A stretch of 60,746 bases of DNA, counting the filler. It is 4 parts of 4 records of this genome, joined end to end, with 100 filler letters (N's around TTAATTAATTAA, not from the genome) between each part and the next. Parts side by side here need not be neighbours in the genome. Positions count along the whole stretch, not along the records: positions 1 to 13,286 come from DRR723986_6742; positions 13,387 to 30,516 come from DRR723986_6746; 2 more parts are not named here. One strand, written 5' to 3'. Below, one piece after another: positions 9,827 to 20,095 of this stretch. A program made the translations under genes and the position numbers. Numbering within the stretch: the stretch's first letter is position 1; every line of letters starts with the position of its first letter. The notes beneath the pieces are model-generated. The model had not been told where the DNA came from, did no database searches, and saw only the letters and a list, made by a program, of their open reading frames with translations.

Positions 9827-11110
9827 CTACTCTGCCAAGTCGTAGCAGAGAATCGAATCATTTTCTCTCAGGTACAAACGCTTGTTTGAAACGACCGGAT
9901 GAGCCCAACTTGGCTCGTCGCCACCACCGGATCCAGGTGCTTTGAAGTGTCCGAGCGATTCAAACGCTTCGGGCGAAGCAGAAGCCATTTGCACCGTACC
10001 GTCTTGAAAACGCAGGAAGAGTTTGCCGTCGGCCGCGCCAATCGCAATCGAGTTGCGGCCCTTGCCACGCTTTTTCCAAAGAATTTCACCGGACTGGATA
10101 TCGGCACAGAAAACCGTATTCGAATCTCCCTTGCCGTAGTAGAGCTTCCCATCGATCAAGACCAAACCACCATGTTTGTTTTCAAGCTGTGTGTTTAGCC
10201 CGTAGACTTCTTCAACGTCGACGCCGCTACCGCTTGGTGATTGCTTCAGCAAGGCACCGCCAGTACCGTATCCGGCAACTGTGAATACATAGTTGTCGAA
10301 GACGATCGCTGTTGGGATGAATGCGGTCGGAGGATCAATGAAGTACTCCCACAACAGTGTTCCGGTTTTGGCATCAACGCCCATGGGACCGCAACTGGTG
10401 TTTTGAACATAGACCTTCCGTCCGCCAACTTCCGTAATGACAACTGAAGCGTGACCGGCACCGGTGTCGTTTGGACGTGAGCAGGACCAAATTTCTTCGC
10501 CCGTCTTCTTATCCAGGGCCACCATGGTGTTCTTTACGCCACCGGGAGTGCAAATCAGCATGTCACCGTCGATGAGCGGGCTTTCGCTGTAACCCCAACT
10601 GTCCTTTTTCTTGCCGCCGAGCTCATCCATCAGGTGCCGTTGCCAAACGATATTGCCGTTCTTCATTTCCGCAGCAATCAAGACACCGAAGGGAGTGATC
10701 ACGTAGACCATATCACCATCGATGGTTGGCGTTCCTCGCGACCCTTGCCAAGAACTCTTCCCACGGTTCCACGGTTCGCCAGTCTGAACCTTCCACAGGT
10801 GCTTCCCTGTGTTTGCGTCAAAGCACGACATGTACTCTTGATCATCGTTTGCCGTTGATGGACCATCGCCAAGAGTCACCATTTTGCCGTCTGCCACCGC
10901 TGGGCTTGCGTAACCGCGCCCGGCACCTTTGGCATCGAACAACAAACGAGGACCGCTGGCTGGAATCTCCGAAATCAGGCCCGTCTCGGCTGCGATTCCG
11001 CTTCGATCGGCGCCGCGAAATGTTGGCCAGTCCTCAGCGTGCAAAGCGCTCGAATTCAAAAAACAGACCATTGCACCTGCAGCGAGCAAACGCAAACTTC
11101 CGTAACTCAT
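9827..11110 (-). CDS. Secreted PQQ-like beta-propeller protein (BamB-like, Planctomycete expansion)
   Basis: Signal peptide then 'DWPTFRG..RSG', 'GYASPAV', 'SESPLIDGD', 'WAHPVV..RLYLRE...LCYDL'. Confidence 0.9.
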   Translation of the reverse strand: MSYGSLRLLAAGAMVCFLNSSALHAEDWPTFRGADRSGIAAETGLISEIPASGPRLLFDAKGAGRGYASPAVADGKMVTLGDGPSTANDDQEYMSCFDANTGKHLWKVQTGEPWNRGKSSWQGSRGTPTIDGDMVYVITPFGVLIAAEMKNGNIVWQRHLMDELGGKKKDSWGYSESPLIDGDMLICTPGGVKNTMVALDKKTGEEIWSCSRPNDTGAGHASVVITEVGGRKVYVQNTSCGPMGVDAKTGTLLWEYFIDPPTAFIPTAIVFDNYVFTVAGYGTGGALLKQSPSGSGVDVEEVYGLNTQLENKHGGLVLIDGKLYYGKGDSNTVFCADIQSGEILWKKRGKGRNSIAIGAADGKLFLRFQDGTVQMASASPEAFESLGHFKAPGSGGGDEPSWAHPVVSNKRLYLRENDSILCYDLAE

Positions 11111-11323
11111 GTCAATGACTTTCTGTTGCCGTAACAAAGTGTCGCGCACGGTGACGCAACAAGACTGAATATTCCCTTAGTTTTCCTTACGCCAACTGCG
11201 CAGCAGCAAGCGTCGTTACGAAAACGAAGATAACCGATCACGAAGCATGGCGACATCCCCAAGCCCGCCCTACTGCGGCACTGTTACAAGGCGGCAGCAC
11301 TACCAAAGGCATCACTGCAGACG

Positions 11324-11767
11324 CTACTGGCCAGCGTCGACGCCAGTTTCGCAGAGCGGTTTTGATCCGTAGTGGGGAGCGGCAACGATGTCCGCCAAAG
11401 AAGTGCCGGAAAATGTGGTCTCAATTTCCGCCAGTGCATTGTCCAACTTGCCATGCAACGGGCACAATCGCGTCCCGTGAGACTTCAAGCCCAAGGGGCA
11501 TGTGGCGATGCGGCGAATCGGGTCTACCGCAGATACGATGTCCAAGATGGAAATGTCCTCTGGTGGCCGGGCCAACGTAATGCCACCTCCGATTCCTCTG
11601 CGTGAATCCACCAAGCCAGCTCGTCGAAGCTCCTGCAGAACCTTCGATAAATAGGCTCTCGGCACCTGCGTAAAACCTGCCAAATCATCTGTCGACGATG
11701 CCTTGGGGCCAGCATAGGTCAACTGAATCATCGCACGCAGTGCGTATTCGACGGTTTGAGAAAACAT
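11324..11767 (-). CDS. Rrf2-family transcriptional regulator
   Basis: 'SQTVEYALRAM', 'YLSKVLQEL..AGLVDSRRGIGGG', Cys cluster 'CPLGLKSHGTRLCPLH...PLC'. Confidence 0.93.
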   Translation of the reverse strand: MFSQTVEYALRAMIQLTYAGPKASSTDDLAGFTQVPRAYLSKVLQELRRAGLVDSRRGIGGGITLARPPEDISILDIVSAVDPIRRIATCPLGLKSHGTRLCPLHGKLDNALAEIETTFSGTSLADIVAAPHYGSKPLCETGVDAGQ

Positions 11768-11872
11768 GCAGTAGCTTGAAAAAGTGGCAACCAGCGGGCG
11801 CGTTGCTGGCGAGGCTAGAACTGTTGTACTTTGCTGATTGTGTTAAACCGTTCCGCTAGTACGAAGTTCCGT

Positions 11873-12898
11873 TTAGGTGCTCGAACGAACCGTGGACTCA
11901 TCAACTTTGGCAAACAGCATTCTTCCGGCCTGCGTCTGCAGTGTACTGGTCACAACCACCGGAAGCGTGGCGTTGATTCTGTGTCGACCGCCCTCAACAA
12001 CCACCATCGTTCCGTCGTCCAGGTATCCAATCCCTTGCTCGGGTCCTTCTCCAGCCTTCACAACGCGAACGTCAAACGTTTCGCCAGGCAAGAATTGAGG
12101 CCGCAGGGACGCCGCAATCTCATTCAGGTTAATGACCGGAACGTTATGCACCTTGGCGACTTTGTTGAGATTAAAGTCGCCCGTGATGATCTTGCCTTCC
12201 AAGTGCTTCGCAAGGATCACAAGACGCATATCAACGGGTTGCCCCGCGAACTCGGGCAGTTCACGCTCGTAAATTTGAAACTCAATCCGCGGCTGAACTC
12301 GCAGCTTGTTTAAAATGTCCAGCCCCCGCCGCCCACGAGCACGACGCATCCGGTCGCTTGAATCGGCGATCGCCTGTAGTTCCGCGAGCACGAAACCTGG
12401 CATCACCAACTGACTTTCGATGATGTTCGTCTCAGTCAGCTCAGCCAAACGACCGTCAATGATCGAACTGGTGTCCAGGATAATTGGCCGCAGCCCCTTC
12501 AGTTCTCGGGCAAATTCCACATAGGGAATCACGAAGCGGAAATCGTCCTTCGTTTGCAGTAGCAGACTCGTGCAGGCATAACACAGAACAGCCCCTAGTA
12601 GCAGCAACACTGGTGGGGTGTACTGGTTTTCTGTTGGTATCAGCGGCGCGAGGGCCAGGTACATGATGTAGGTCAGCAGTACGCCGACGAGTAGCCCGAA
12701 GTAGATCGCCGAAATCACTTCGATTTGCTTTCGAGGCGTGAAGATATCGATGGCGATGACACCGATCGAAAGCAGGACCGTGCCGAATATCACGAGGAAC
12801 GGGATGTACGATGGGCCGCTGATATCGATGCGCAGGAGCAGGGTGGCAATACCTGCCGTCACGCAAATGAAGAATACGCGAAGAATTAAGAGTGCCAT
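11873..12898 (-). CDS. Membrane PIN/TRAM domain protein (YacL-like)
   Basis: About four TMs, PIN 'ILDTSSIIDGR...ELQAIADS..RGRRGLDIL', 'DFNLNKVA', TRAM 'QGIGYLDDGTMVVVE'. Confidence 0.92.
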   Translation of the reverse strand: MALLILRVFFICVTAGIATLLLRIDISGPSYIPFLVIFGTVLLSIGVIAIDIFTPRKQIEVISAIYFGLLVGVLLTYIMYLALAPLIPTENQYTPPVLLLLGAVLCYACTSLLLQTKDDFRFVIPYVEFARELKGLRPIILDTSSIIDGRLAELTETNIIESQLVMPGFVLAELQAIADSSDRMRRARGRRGLDILNKLRVQPRIEFQIYERELPEFAGQPVDMRLVILAKHLEGKIITGDFNLNKVAKVHNVPVINLNEIAASLRPQFLPGETFDVRVVKAGEGPEQGIGYLDDGTMVVVEGGRHRINATLPVVVTSTLQTQAGRMLFAKVDESTVRSST

Positions 12899-13260
12899 GA
12901 GATAACGATCTGAGGGAAATGGATATTTGGGCGTCCCTGAGGTACCTCTGCACTTCAGCGCGCAGGCAGCCGTAGCAAGTGCTACAGTCGTCACCGCGCT
13001 CAGATGTGGAACTCCCCAGTTCAGCAACTTGGCCGCCTGATTGATTGCCCGCGTTGCTTGCCCTCTAGTCTACACGTTTTCTTTGAATTCGGCTTTGCAT
13101 TCAATAGTTAAAAAACGCGGAAAACCCTCAGCTTGGCGCACATACGCCTCATTTGCGGAAACTCGTACACCCGCGCGACACTATCCCTCGCACCCGAACT
13201 TCCCTGCGCGTGATCCGGACAGTTTAGCTTCGGCGGACTCGAGACTTTTGCAGGCTCAAA

Positions 13261-13286
13261 GAACCCTCTCCCGGGCTTGAAGCCCG
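13261..13286. repeat. Partial REP-like repeat at the contig end
   Basis: CCCTCTCC-CGGGC-TTGAA-GCCCG; ends with the GCCCG that precedes the palindrome at window start (4-29). Confidence 0.5.
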
Positions 13287-13386
13287 NNNNNNNNNNNNNN
13301 NNNNNNNNNNNNNNNNNNNNNNNNNNNNNNTTAATTAATTAANNNNNNNNNNNNNNNNNNNNNNNNNNNNNNNNNNNNNNNNNNNN
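13287..13386. other. Artificial contig linker
   Basis: N44-TTAATTAATTAA-N44 (stops in all frames); gene content changes across it. Confidence 0.99.
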
Positions 13387-13412
13387 TGGTTCAAGTCCAC
13401 CCGTAGCTACCA
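13387..13412 (+). tRNA. 3' fragment of a tRNA (T-arm, acceptor and CCA), probably elongator tRNA-Met; cut by the contig edge or an att copy
   Basis: TGGTTCAAGTCCACCCGTAGCTACCA; the CGTAGCYACCA end resembles gammaproteobacterial elongator tRNA-Met; anticodon not visible. Confidence 0.7.
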
Positions 13413-13642
13413 TTTTCGATCTGAAAATCAATAGCTTAAAGAGCACTCAAACCGTTCTACGGTTCTCCCTTCTCTCGATTGCGGGAGCTTTCACTCTTGA
13501 TCAAGGTCAGGGTCGGTGCCAAGCTTTCGACAGGCCAGAAGGTCCGGTCGATACAATCAGCGAGGATGTCTACTCTCGATTGGCCGTTACCATGTCCTGT
13601 CCTTCATGCCTTGACGGCGCGCAGGCCCTATCCCTTCGGCAT

Positions 13643-14224
13643 TCAACCCGGCTCGGTCGCTGACTCCTCAGCGGCCTGCAGCAACAGTGCCGCCATCTGG
13701 TTCTGAAGCTTAAGTTGCTCGGCAATATTGCTTTCGCTTAACGGGTCCAGGTTAAAGATCTTTTTGTGAAGAGGGGCCAGCGTGATGTAACCCAGCAGCA
13801 TACTGTGGAACGCCATAATAACCGGCGTAACGGCGGACGATTGTGCCAGGACCTTGGAGAAAAAAGGCCGGTACCACTCACTAACCAGCTTCTCCAGATG
13901 GTCCCCGGAGCTGAGCGTCACTTGCTGAATGATGCGCGGAATATTGGGGTTCTCGGTGTGGTGTTTGACCAGCCGCTCAAGCTGCTCTGAAGCCTGCCCC
14001 TGCGCCAAGGAGCTGGGCTGCGTCATAATCGCCTTCATGGGCGCGAACAGGCGGTCGATCACGGCGTCGTAAACCTCGGCCTTGCTGCCGTAGTGTTTAT
14101 AAACCGCTGGCCCGCGAATACCAACGGTATCGGCGATATCCACTATCGACGTTGCTTCATAGCCCTTGTTGGCAAACAACGCCTCAGCGGCGTCCAGAAT
14201 GCGGGTCTTGGCGGGGCTGGTCAT
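13643..14224 (-). CDS. TetR/AcrR-family transcriptional regulator
   Basis: 'RILDAAEALFANKGYEATSIVDIADTVGIRGPAVYKHYGSK' HTH; divergent from the SDR operon. Confidence 0.95.
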   Translation of the reverse strand: MTSPAKTRILDAAEALFANKGYEATSIVDIADTVGIRGPAVYKHYGSKAEVYDAVIDRLFAPMKAIMTQPSSLAQGQASEQLERLVKHHTENPNIPRIIQQVTLSSGDHLEKLVSEWYRPFFSKVLAQSSAVTPVIMAFHSMLLGYITLAPLHKKIFNLDPLSESNIAEQLKLQNQMAALLLQAAEESATEPG

Positions 14225-14298
14225 ACATCGGTCCTGTGTCGCGATGGCTGGTTTAAGACAGGTGCTTAGCGATGGCTACATTTCTGCACTGCCGACTG

Positions 14299-14343
14299 TT
14301 GACCTTCCGCCACCACTGCATTAGGTTACAGGTTAGTAACCTA
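14299..14343 (+). promoter_or_regulatory. Sigma70-like promoter overlapped by a probable TetR operator
   Basis: TTGACC (14299)-N17-TAGGTT (14322); palindrome TAGGTTAC-N6-GTAACCTA (14322-14343). Confidence 0.65.
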
Positions 14344-14433
14344 TAACTCCAGTACCACAATACCACACCGCGGCTTGTCGGATCACCGGGTGCAAGCCGC
14401 GCACAACAGAACCCCGTGTTTTGGGATGAAGCA

Positions 14434-15282
14434 ATGAACGAGTTCAAGAACAAGACAGCCGTGGTCACCGGCGCCGCCAGCGGCATCGGCATGGAGATGG
14501 CCAGGGTATTCGCCGAGCAGGGCATGAACGTCGTGCTGGCAGATATTGAACAGGGCAAACTGGACGAGGCCGTCGCAGAAATCACCGCTCTGGGTGCTGA
14601 TGCTTTGGGCGTACAAACAGACGTCGGTAGCGGTGAGTCCGTTGCCGCCTTGTGCCGAGCAGCAGTCGACGGGTTTGGTAGTGTCCAGGTGCTTTGCAAC
14701 AATGCGGGCGTCTACACCGGTGGACAACTTTGGGAGCAAACCGAAGACGACTACGAGTGGCTGATGCGGGTAAATCAATGGGGCATTATCCACGGGATAC
14801 GGCACTTCGTGCCGCAAATGATCGCCCAGGGTGACGAATGCCATATCGTCAACACATCATCTATGGCGGCAATGTGCACGCTGCCCTTTGCCGGCATCTA
14901 TCACATGACCAAACACGCCGCCCTCGCGCTGAGCGAATGCCTGTTCCATGAATTGGCTATGTCTGCCCCTCAGATCAGCGTGTCATGCCTGTGCCCGGAG
15001 TTGGTCAACACGGGTATCGCCAACTCCGCCAGAAACCGTCCCGCGGAACTCGCCAACGAGAACGTCACCGACATGCAGGAAATGTCCATGACCGCTATTA
15101 AAGATGCCACCGCCGGATCACTGCCGCCCAGAGTGCTGGCAGACCGGGTGCTACAGGCGATTAAAGACAAGCAGTTCTATATATTACCGCCTGCCGACAA
15201 TCCCTGGCGCGATACCGCAAATACCCGACTGGACGACCTGCGCACAGCACGCAACCCCACATTCGCGCCCCCGGCGATCTAG
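14434..15282 (+). CDS. Short-chain dehydrogenase/reductase
   Basis: TGAASGIG, NNAG, YxxxK (YHMTK). Confidence 0.93.
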   Translation: MNEFKNKTAVVTGAASGIGMEMARVFAEQGMNVVLADIEQGKLDEAVAEITALGADALGVQTDVGSGESVAALCRAAVDGFGSVQVLCNNAGVYTGGQLWEQTEDDYEWLMRVNQWGIIHGIRHFVPQMIAQGDECHIVNTSSMAAMCTLPFAGIYHMTKHAALALSECLFHELAMSAPQISVSCLCPELVNTGIANSARNRPAELANENVTDMQEMSMTAIKDATAGSLPPRVLADRVLQAIKDKQFYILPPADNPWRDTANTRLDDLRTARNPTFAPPAI

Positions 15283-15368
15283 TCCAGAGGACGTGAAGGT
15301 GGATTCGAATAGCAAACGGGCGGCTAGCTGGACTGGTGCCACCAAAGGACAAACAACAGGACAAACCC

Positions 15369-16160
15369 ATGAGTAATCGACTAGTGAACAAAGTCGCCCT
15401 GGTAACGGGTGCCGCCTCGGGCATCGGCTTTGCCTGCGCCTTGCGTTTCGCAGAAGAAGGAGCCTCTGTTGTCGGTATCGACGTAAAACCATCAGATGAC
15501 TGGCAGCAGATCGAGTCGCTGACCGATAAGAGCCTGTTCATTGAAGCCGATGTCACCAGCCTTACAGCGCAGGAGTCGGCCGTTGCCAAAACCGTGAATA
15601 CCTTCGGCGCGCTGGATGTTCTTGTTACTTCCGCGGGCATAGGCGATGCAGGGCCTGTGCATATGGTTGAAGAGAGCGCCTGGCAGCGCGTTATCGATAT
15701 CAACCTCAGCGGCACGTTCTTCTCTACGAAGGCAGTGCTGCCGCAGATGATGAAGCAGCGAAGCGGCAGCATCGTCACTATCGCCAGTTGCGAAGGCGTT
15801 GTTGCCACCGAAGGCGGCAGTTCTTACAACGCCTCCAAAGCCGGGGTAGTAAACCTCAGTAAGAACATCGCAATCGATTACGGCCGCATGGGTATACGCT
15901 GTAATGCTTTATGTCCCGGGTTCATCGAGACACCCATGTTCGACACGGTACTCAACCAGGATTTCATGGCAGAGGTGAAGGCGGACATCATGGCGCAGAC
16001 CAAACTGGGTCGGTTCGGCAGGCCATCTGAGATGGCTAACGTTGCGCTATTTCTTGCGTCCGACGAGTCCTCCTTTGTGACCGGCCAGGCCATCGTCGCC
16101 GATGGCGGATACATTGCCGGCCACAGTCATGGCATTGTCGAGATGATGGGGCTTACCTGA
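15369..16160 (+). CDS. Short-chain dehydrogenase/reductase
   Basis: TGAASGIG, YNASK, 'NALCPGFIETP', 'SFVTGQAIVADGG'. Confidence 0.93.
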   Translation: MSNRLVNKVALVTGAASGIGFACALRFAEEGASVVGIDVKPSDDWQQIESLTDKSLFIEADVTSLTAQESAVAKTVNTFGALDVLVTSAGIGDAGPVHMVEESAWQRVIDINLSGTFFSTKAVLPQMMKQRSGSIVTIASCEGVVATEGGSSYNASKAGVVNLSKNIAIDYGRMGIRCNALCPGFIETPMFDTVLNQDFMAEVKADIMAQTKLGRFGRPSEMANVALFLASDESSFVTGQAIVADGGYIAGHSHGIVEMMGLT

Positions 16161-16219
16161 TCAACCCGGCATAAAAACACGCCTCTAACACATCACGGAA
16201 ATTCCAAAGCGAATCCACT

Positions 16220-17677
16220 ATGCCTGATCAACCCCAACTACGTGTAGCCATCATTGGTGCCGGCCCTGCCGGTATAGCGGCCGGCAGAGAGTTGCTGCAG
16301 AACGGCTTTAACGAATTCACTATTTTTGATGCGCTGGATGCAGCCGGCGGTACGTGGCGGCTGCATTCCTACCCGGGCCTTGCCTGCGATGTCTGGGCGC
16401 ACTCCTACTCGTTCTCCTACGCGCCCAATCCAGACTGGAGCGCCAACTTCGTCGGCCAGCCTGAGATTCAGGCCTACCTGGCGCGCTGTGCCACCGAGTT
16501 TGGCCTGAATCCTCACCTCACACTGAACACCAGGATAGAAAGCGCACACTACCAGCCCGATGGCACCTGGAAACTACAAACCAGCGCGGGCGAAACCCAC
16601 GAGTTTGATGTGGTTATCAATGCCATGGGGAACCAGCACACGCCGCTGTTCCCCGATGTGCCGGGCATCGACAGTTTTAAGGGCGATAGTTGGCACGGCA
16701 CCCGCTGGAACCACGATGTGGACCTAAGCGGCAAACGCGTCATCATCGTCGGGTCTGCTGCCAGCGCGGTACAAATAGTGCCCGAGATCGCGCAGCGCGT
16801 GGGCCACCTTACGGTATTGCAGCGATCGGCAAACTGGATCATGCCCCGTGGCAGGAAGTTCTACACACCCAGACAGCAGGAACGTGCGCGCCGATTCCCG
16901 TTCATCATTAATCTGACACGCAAGTGGCAGGGCCTGCTGATGAGCCAGGTAGAGCATGCGGTCACGATCGGCCACAAACGCATGGAGCAGTTTGAAAACA
17001 GAGTACGTAAATTCATTACCACTGCCGTCGATGACAAGGCCACTCAGGAGGCTTTGATTCCACCCACGCCCTACGGGTGCCAACGCGGCCTGGTATCCGA
17101 TGATTTTTATCCCGCGCTGAACCGCGACAATGTCGAATTGGTGGCCAGCGGGCTGAAAGAAGTAACGCCCACGGGCATCGTGACGGCAGACAATCGCAGC
17201 ATTGATGCTGATGTGATTATCTACTGTACGGGCTACCGCATTCTGGATTTCGACCGTATTGACGTTACCGGTGCCAGCGGGAGGTCACTGGCCGACACCA
17301 TGGGAGACGATCCCAGAGCACACAAGGGAATCGCCGTACCTGACTTTCCTAACTACTTCTTTGCGGTAGGCCCTAATGGGCTGGTACTGAACGTGTCCTA
17401 TTTCATTACTGCAGAAAAAAATGTAGAGACCATCGTGCGCTTGCTGGCCGAAAAGCAGCGCGTCAATGCCAGGAGCATAGAGGTCAAAAAAGAAGCATTC
17501 GAACAGTATAACGACTGGATGGCCGGGCGCTTCGGTCGCTTTACCTGGGGCTCAAGCGACTGCCACAGTTACTACCGTAACAGCGCCGGACACGCCCCGT
17601 TTTTGTTCCCGGGAAACTTCAAGGAATATCGCAAGCTACATGAAGAGACTCACTTGAATGAATACAACGTCGCATAG
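16220..17677 (+). CDS. Baeyer-Villiger / flavin-containing monooxygenase
   Basis: GAGPAG, 'GGTW..SYPGLACDV', BVMO fingerprint FKGDSWHGTRW, 'CTGY'. Confidence 0.92.
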   Translation: MPDQPQLRVAIIGAGPAGIAAGRELLQNGFNEFTIFDALDAAGGTWRLHSYPGLACDVWAHSYSFSYAPNPDWSANFVGQPEIQAYLARCATEFGLNPHLTLNTRIESAHYQPDGTWKLQTSAGETHEFDVVINAMGNQHTPLFPDVPGIDSFKGDSWHGTRWNHDVDLSGKRVIIVGSAASAVQIVPEIAQRVGHLTVLQRSANWIMPRGRKFYTPRQQERARRFPFIINLTRKWQGLLMSQVEHAVTIGHKRMEQFENRVRKFITTAVDDKATQEALIPPTPYGCQRGLVSDDFYPALNRDNVELVASGLKEVTPTGIVTADNRSIDADVIIYCTGYRILDFDRIDVTGASGRSLADTMGDDPRAHKGIAVPDFPNYFFAVGPNGLVLNVSYFITAEKNVETIVRLLAEKQRVNARSIEVKKEAFEQYNDWMAGRFGRFTWGSSDCHSYYRNSAGHAPFLFPGNFKEYRKLHEETHLNEYNVA

Positions 17678-17701
17678 ACCTATAGCCCTGAGGATTTCGG
17701 C

Positions 17702-20089
17702 TTGAGCGGCGAGATACTGACCCTCGCGCAAATCAGCGACGAGGGCGTTGGCGGCAAGGCCTACGGGCTGGCGCGGCTGGTGGCGATGGGTTTACCGGTG
17801 CCACCGGCATTCGTTATTCGTGGCGCCCAGTCGGGCGACTACCCTGACGATCTGGACCACCACTACCATGCCTTGGCCAGCGACAAGGTGGCCGTACGCT
17901 CGTCAGCGACAGGTGAAGACGGGGCAGACGCCTCCTTTGCGGGGCAATACGACACGGTATTAAATGTTGCTGATCGCGAAGCGTTGCGCAACGCCATCGA
18001 TCACTGTGTTGCCTCTGGTGCAACCGAGCGTGCAATGGCGTACCAGCAGGAAAACAATAACGCGACGAACGCAGGCGACCGCGCAGTCACCATGAACGTT
18101 GTGGTGCAAAGCATGGTCGATGCCAGCGTTGCCGGCGTTGTTTTCTCTGCGGACCCGGCAAGCGCAAGGCGCGATCTTTTAATTATCGATGCAGTCGCCG
18201 GATTGGGCGAAGCTCTGGTCAGTGGTGAGGCAACGCCTGACCACTATGCTGTAAACAGCGGCGGAAACATTGTGCGGCGCCAGCTGGTAGGTGACAACCC
18301 ACTGCTGAGCGACGAACAAATAGCGCTGATCGCAGAGCAGGCCAGAGCGGCCGTAGCCCATGAAGGGCATCCGCTTGACCTCGAATGGGCTATAGATCAG
18401 CAGGGGGTATTGCACTGGCTGCAGGCGCGACCAATTACCACGCTGCCCGCTGATCTTAACGAATTCGACTCTACCCTGCCCCGAGCTGATGACGTGCTGA
18501 CCATCAGCAACGTCAGCGAAATGATGCCCGGCGCCGTATGCCCGCTTACCATGTCATTCACCGGCTGGGGTATCGATTACGGCTTACAACACATGCAGGT
18601 GACTGTAGGTGCTCGCGAGCGTATAGACCCGCAGTGGCAGATTACTGCCTCGGCTTATGGCCACCTGTTTCTGAACATGACCGGCAATCTCGTAATGACA
18701 GCCGGCGTACTCGGCTCAAGCGCCGAGCAAACTGCACAAACCCTCTGCGGCCGCATTGTGCCCGAGCTCAAAGAGTTGCCGCCCCTGTCGTGGCCACGGC
18801 GTCTGGTAAACACAGCAAGGCTCCTTCGATACTGCCTGAAAGCGCCAGCAGTGGTCGAAAAATTCGGTCTTGATCTAGACCGGTTTGCGATTCAGGCGAA
18901 ATCTGGCAGCGCCGCCATGTGGGAAGAAATCGCCGGCAAGTCCTGGTTCTTTGACCACTGCATGGCCGTTCACATCCAATCCTCAGCGCTGTCGGGCTTC
19001 CTCTGCGCCATTGTGGAAAACATGGTGTCTGGTAAGTCCAACAACAGCACCGTGGCCGAACAGGCAGAGGCCGTGCGACTGCTGGCAGGTGCAAGCAACG
19101 TTGAAAGTGCCCTGATGCTGGAACAACTGGACGCATTGCTGGATCGCGTAGCGCAACACCCAGAGGCACAGGAACAATTCCAGCAGGCAAGCGTAGAGCA
19201 GGCTACCAGCTGGCTGCGCTCAACCGAAGGCATCAACCGTCAGTTCGAGGCGTTTCTCGATCAACACGGGCACCGTGGCTATCGCGAACTGTGTATGCGC
19301 GATCCGTCATGGCGCGACGAGCTCACGCCGCTGATTCAAAGTATGCAGGCCGCAGTGCACGCTCGCCTGCTGACCGGCGAACACCGCCAGCTGAGCAGCG
19401 AAGCTATCGAGTGGGACGCGTTGAATCGCGGTCTCCGCTGGATCCTGCCCAAGGCCCACAACGCGATACGCCGCAGAGAGCACACCAAATCCCAGTTGGT
19501 CGAACTTGCCCACCGCTTCAAGATGGGTTTTCGCTCACTCGGCGAGACAATGGCGGCAGAAGGCTTGATACCGGACGCCGATCTGGTCTTTTTCTTCACC
19601 ACCGCAGAATTACCCGACTTTATTGCCGCACCGGATCAGGCATCAGTGGAAACAGCTTTGGCACGCCGTGAGGCCCTGAGCTACCAACAGCAATTTGAGT
19701 TCCCTGAGATATCAGTCGGCATTCCCGAGCCGCTGGAGCCCCAGGTCGTTGAGATGGCTGATGGCGTACTGCAGGGACGACCCGCGTCCAGAGGCATTGT
19801 CGAAGGTGTCGTGCGAGTTGCGCACACGCTGGCAGAGGCCTCGCAGCTGGAGCCCGGCGAAATACTGGTAACACCCATTACTGACATTGGCTGGACGCCC
19901 TATTTCAGCCTCATTGGCGGTCTTGTCACGGACCTCGGCAGCTCCGTATCTCACGGTGCGGTTATTGCCAGAGAGTACGGTCTCCCCTGCGTGGTCAATA
20001 CACGCCAGGCAACGCGGTTCCTTGAAACAGGCAACCGGGTTCGACTGGACGGCGATACCGGCAGCGTAACCCTGTTAAGCGATGGCTAA
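17702..20089 (+). CDS. PEP-utilising dikinase-like enzyme with rifampin-phosphotransferase/PigC architecture
   Basis: ATP-grasp 'GGKA', 'AVRSSATGEDG..ASFAGQY', 'EWAI..LQARPITT'; central substrate domain; C-terminal phospho-His swivel 'TDIGWTP..SHGAVIAREYG'. Confidence 0.88.
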   Translation: MSGEILTLAQISDEGVGGKAYGLARLVAMGLPVPPAFVIRGAQSGDYPDDLDHHYHALASDKVAVRSSATGEDGADASFAGQYDTVLNVADREALRNAIDHCVASGATERAMAYQQENNNATNAGDRAVTMNVVVQSMVDASVAGVVFSADPASARRDLLIIDAVAGLGEALVSGEATPDHYAVNSGGNIVRRQLVGDNPLLSDEQIALIAEQARAAVAHEGHPLDLEWAIDQQGVLHWLQARPITTLPADLNEFDSTLPRADDVLTISNVSEMMPGAVCPLTMSFTGWGIDYGLQHMQVTVGARERIDPQWQITASAYGHLFLNMTGNLVMTAGVLGSSAEQTAQTLCGRIVPELKELPPLSWPRRLVNTARLLRYCLKAPAVVEKFGLDLDRFAIQAKSGSAAMWEEIAGKSWFFDHCMAVHIQSSALSGFLCAIVENMVSGKSNNSTVAEQAEAVRLLAGASNVESALMLEQLDALLDRVAQHPEAQEQFQQASVEQATSWLRSTEGINRQFEAFLDQHGHRGYRELCMRDPSWRDELTPLIQSMQAAVHARLLTGEHRQLSSEAIEWDALNRGLRWILPKAHNAIRRREHTKSQLVELAHRFKMGFRSLGETMAAEGLIPDADLVFFFTTAELPDFIAAPDQASVETALARREALSYQQQFEFPEISVGIPEPLEPQVVEMADGVLQGRPASRGIVEGVVRVAHTLAEASQLEPGEILVTPITDIGWTPYFSLIGGLVTDLGSSVSHGAVIAREYGLPCVVNTRQATRFLETGNRVRLDGDTGSVTLLSDG

Positions 20090-20095
20090 TTTCTC

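Noticed and set aside
11873-12898. PIN protein as a VapC toxin or defence system
   Set aside because: Membrane-anchored PIN/TRAM (YacL type) with no antitoxin partner
13331-13342. TTAATTAATTAA repeated three times in the window
   Set aside because: Embedded in N runs of fixed length; an artificial all-frame stop linker
17702-20089. Calling this gene ppsA or a rifampin-resistance gene
   Set aside because: It lacks the PEP/pyruvate barrel of PpsA, and shared architecture with RPH does not establish the substrate
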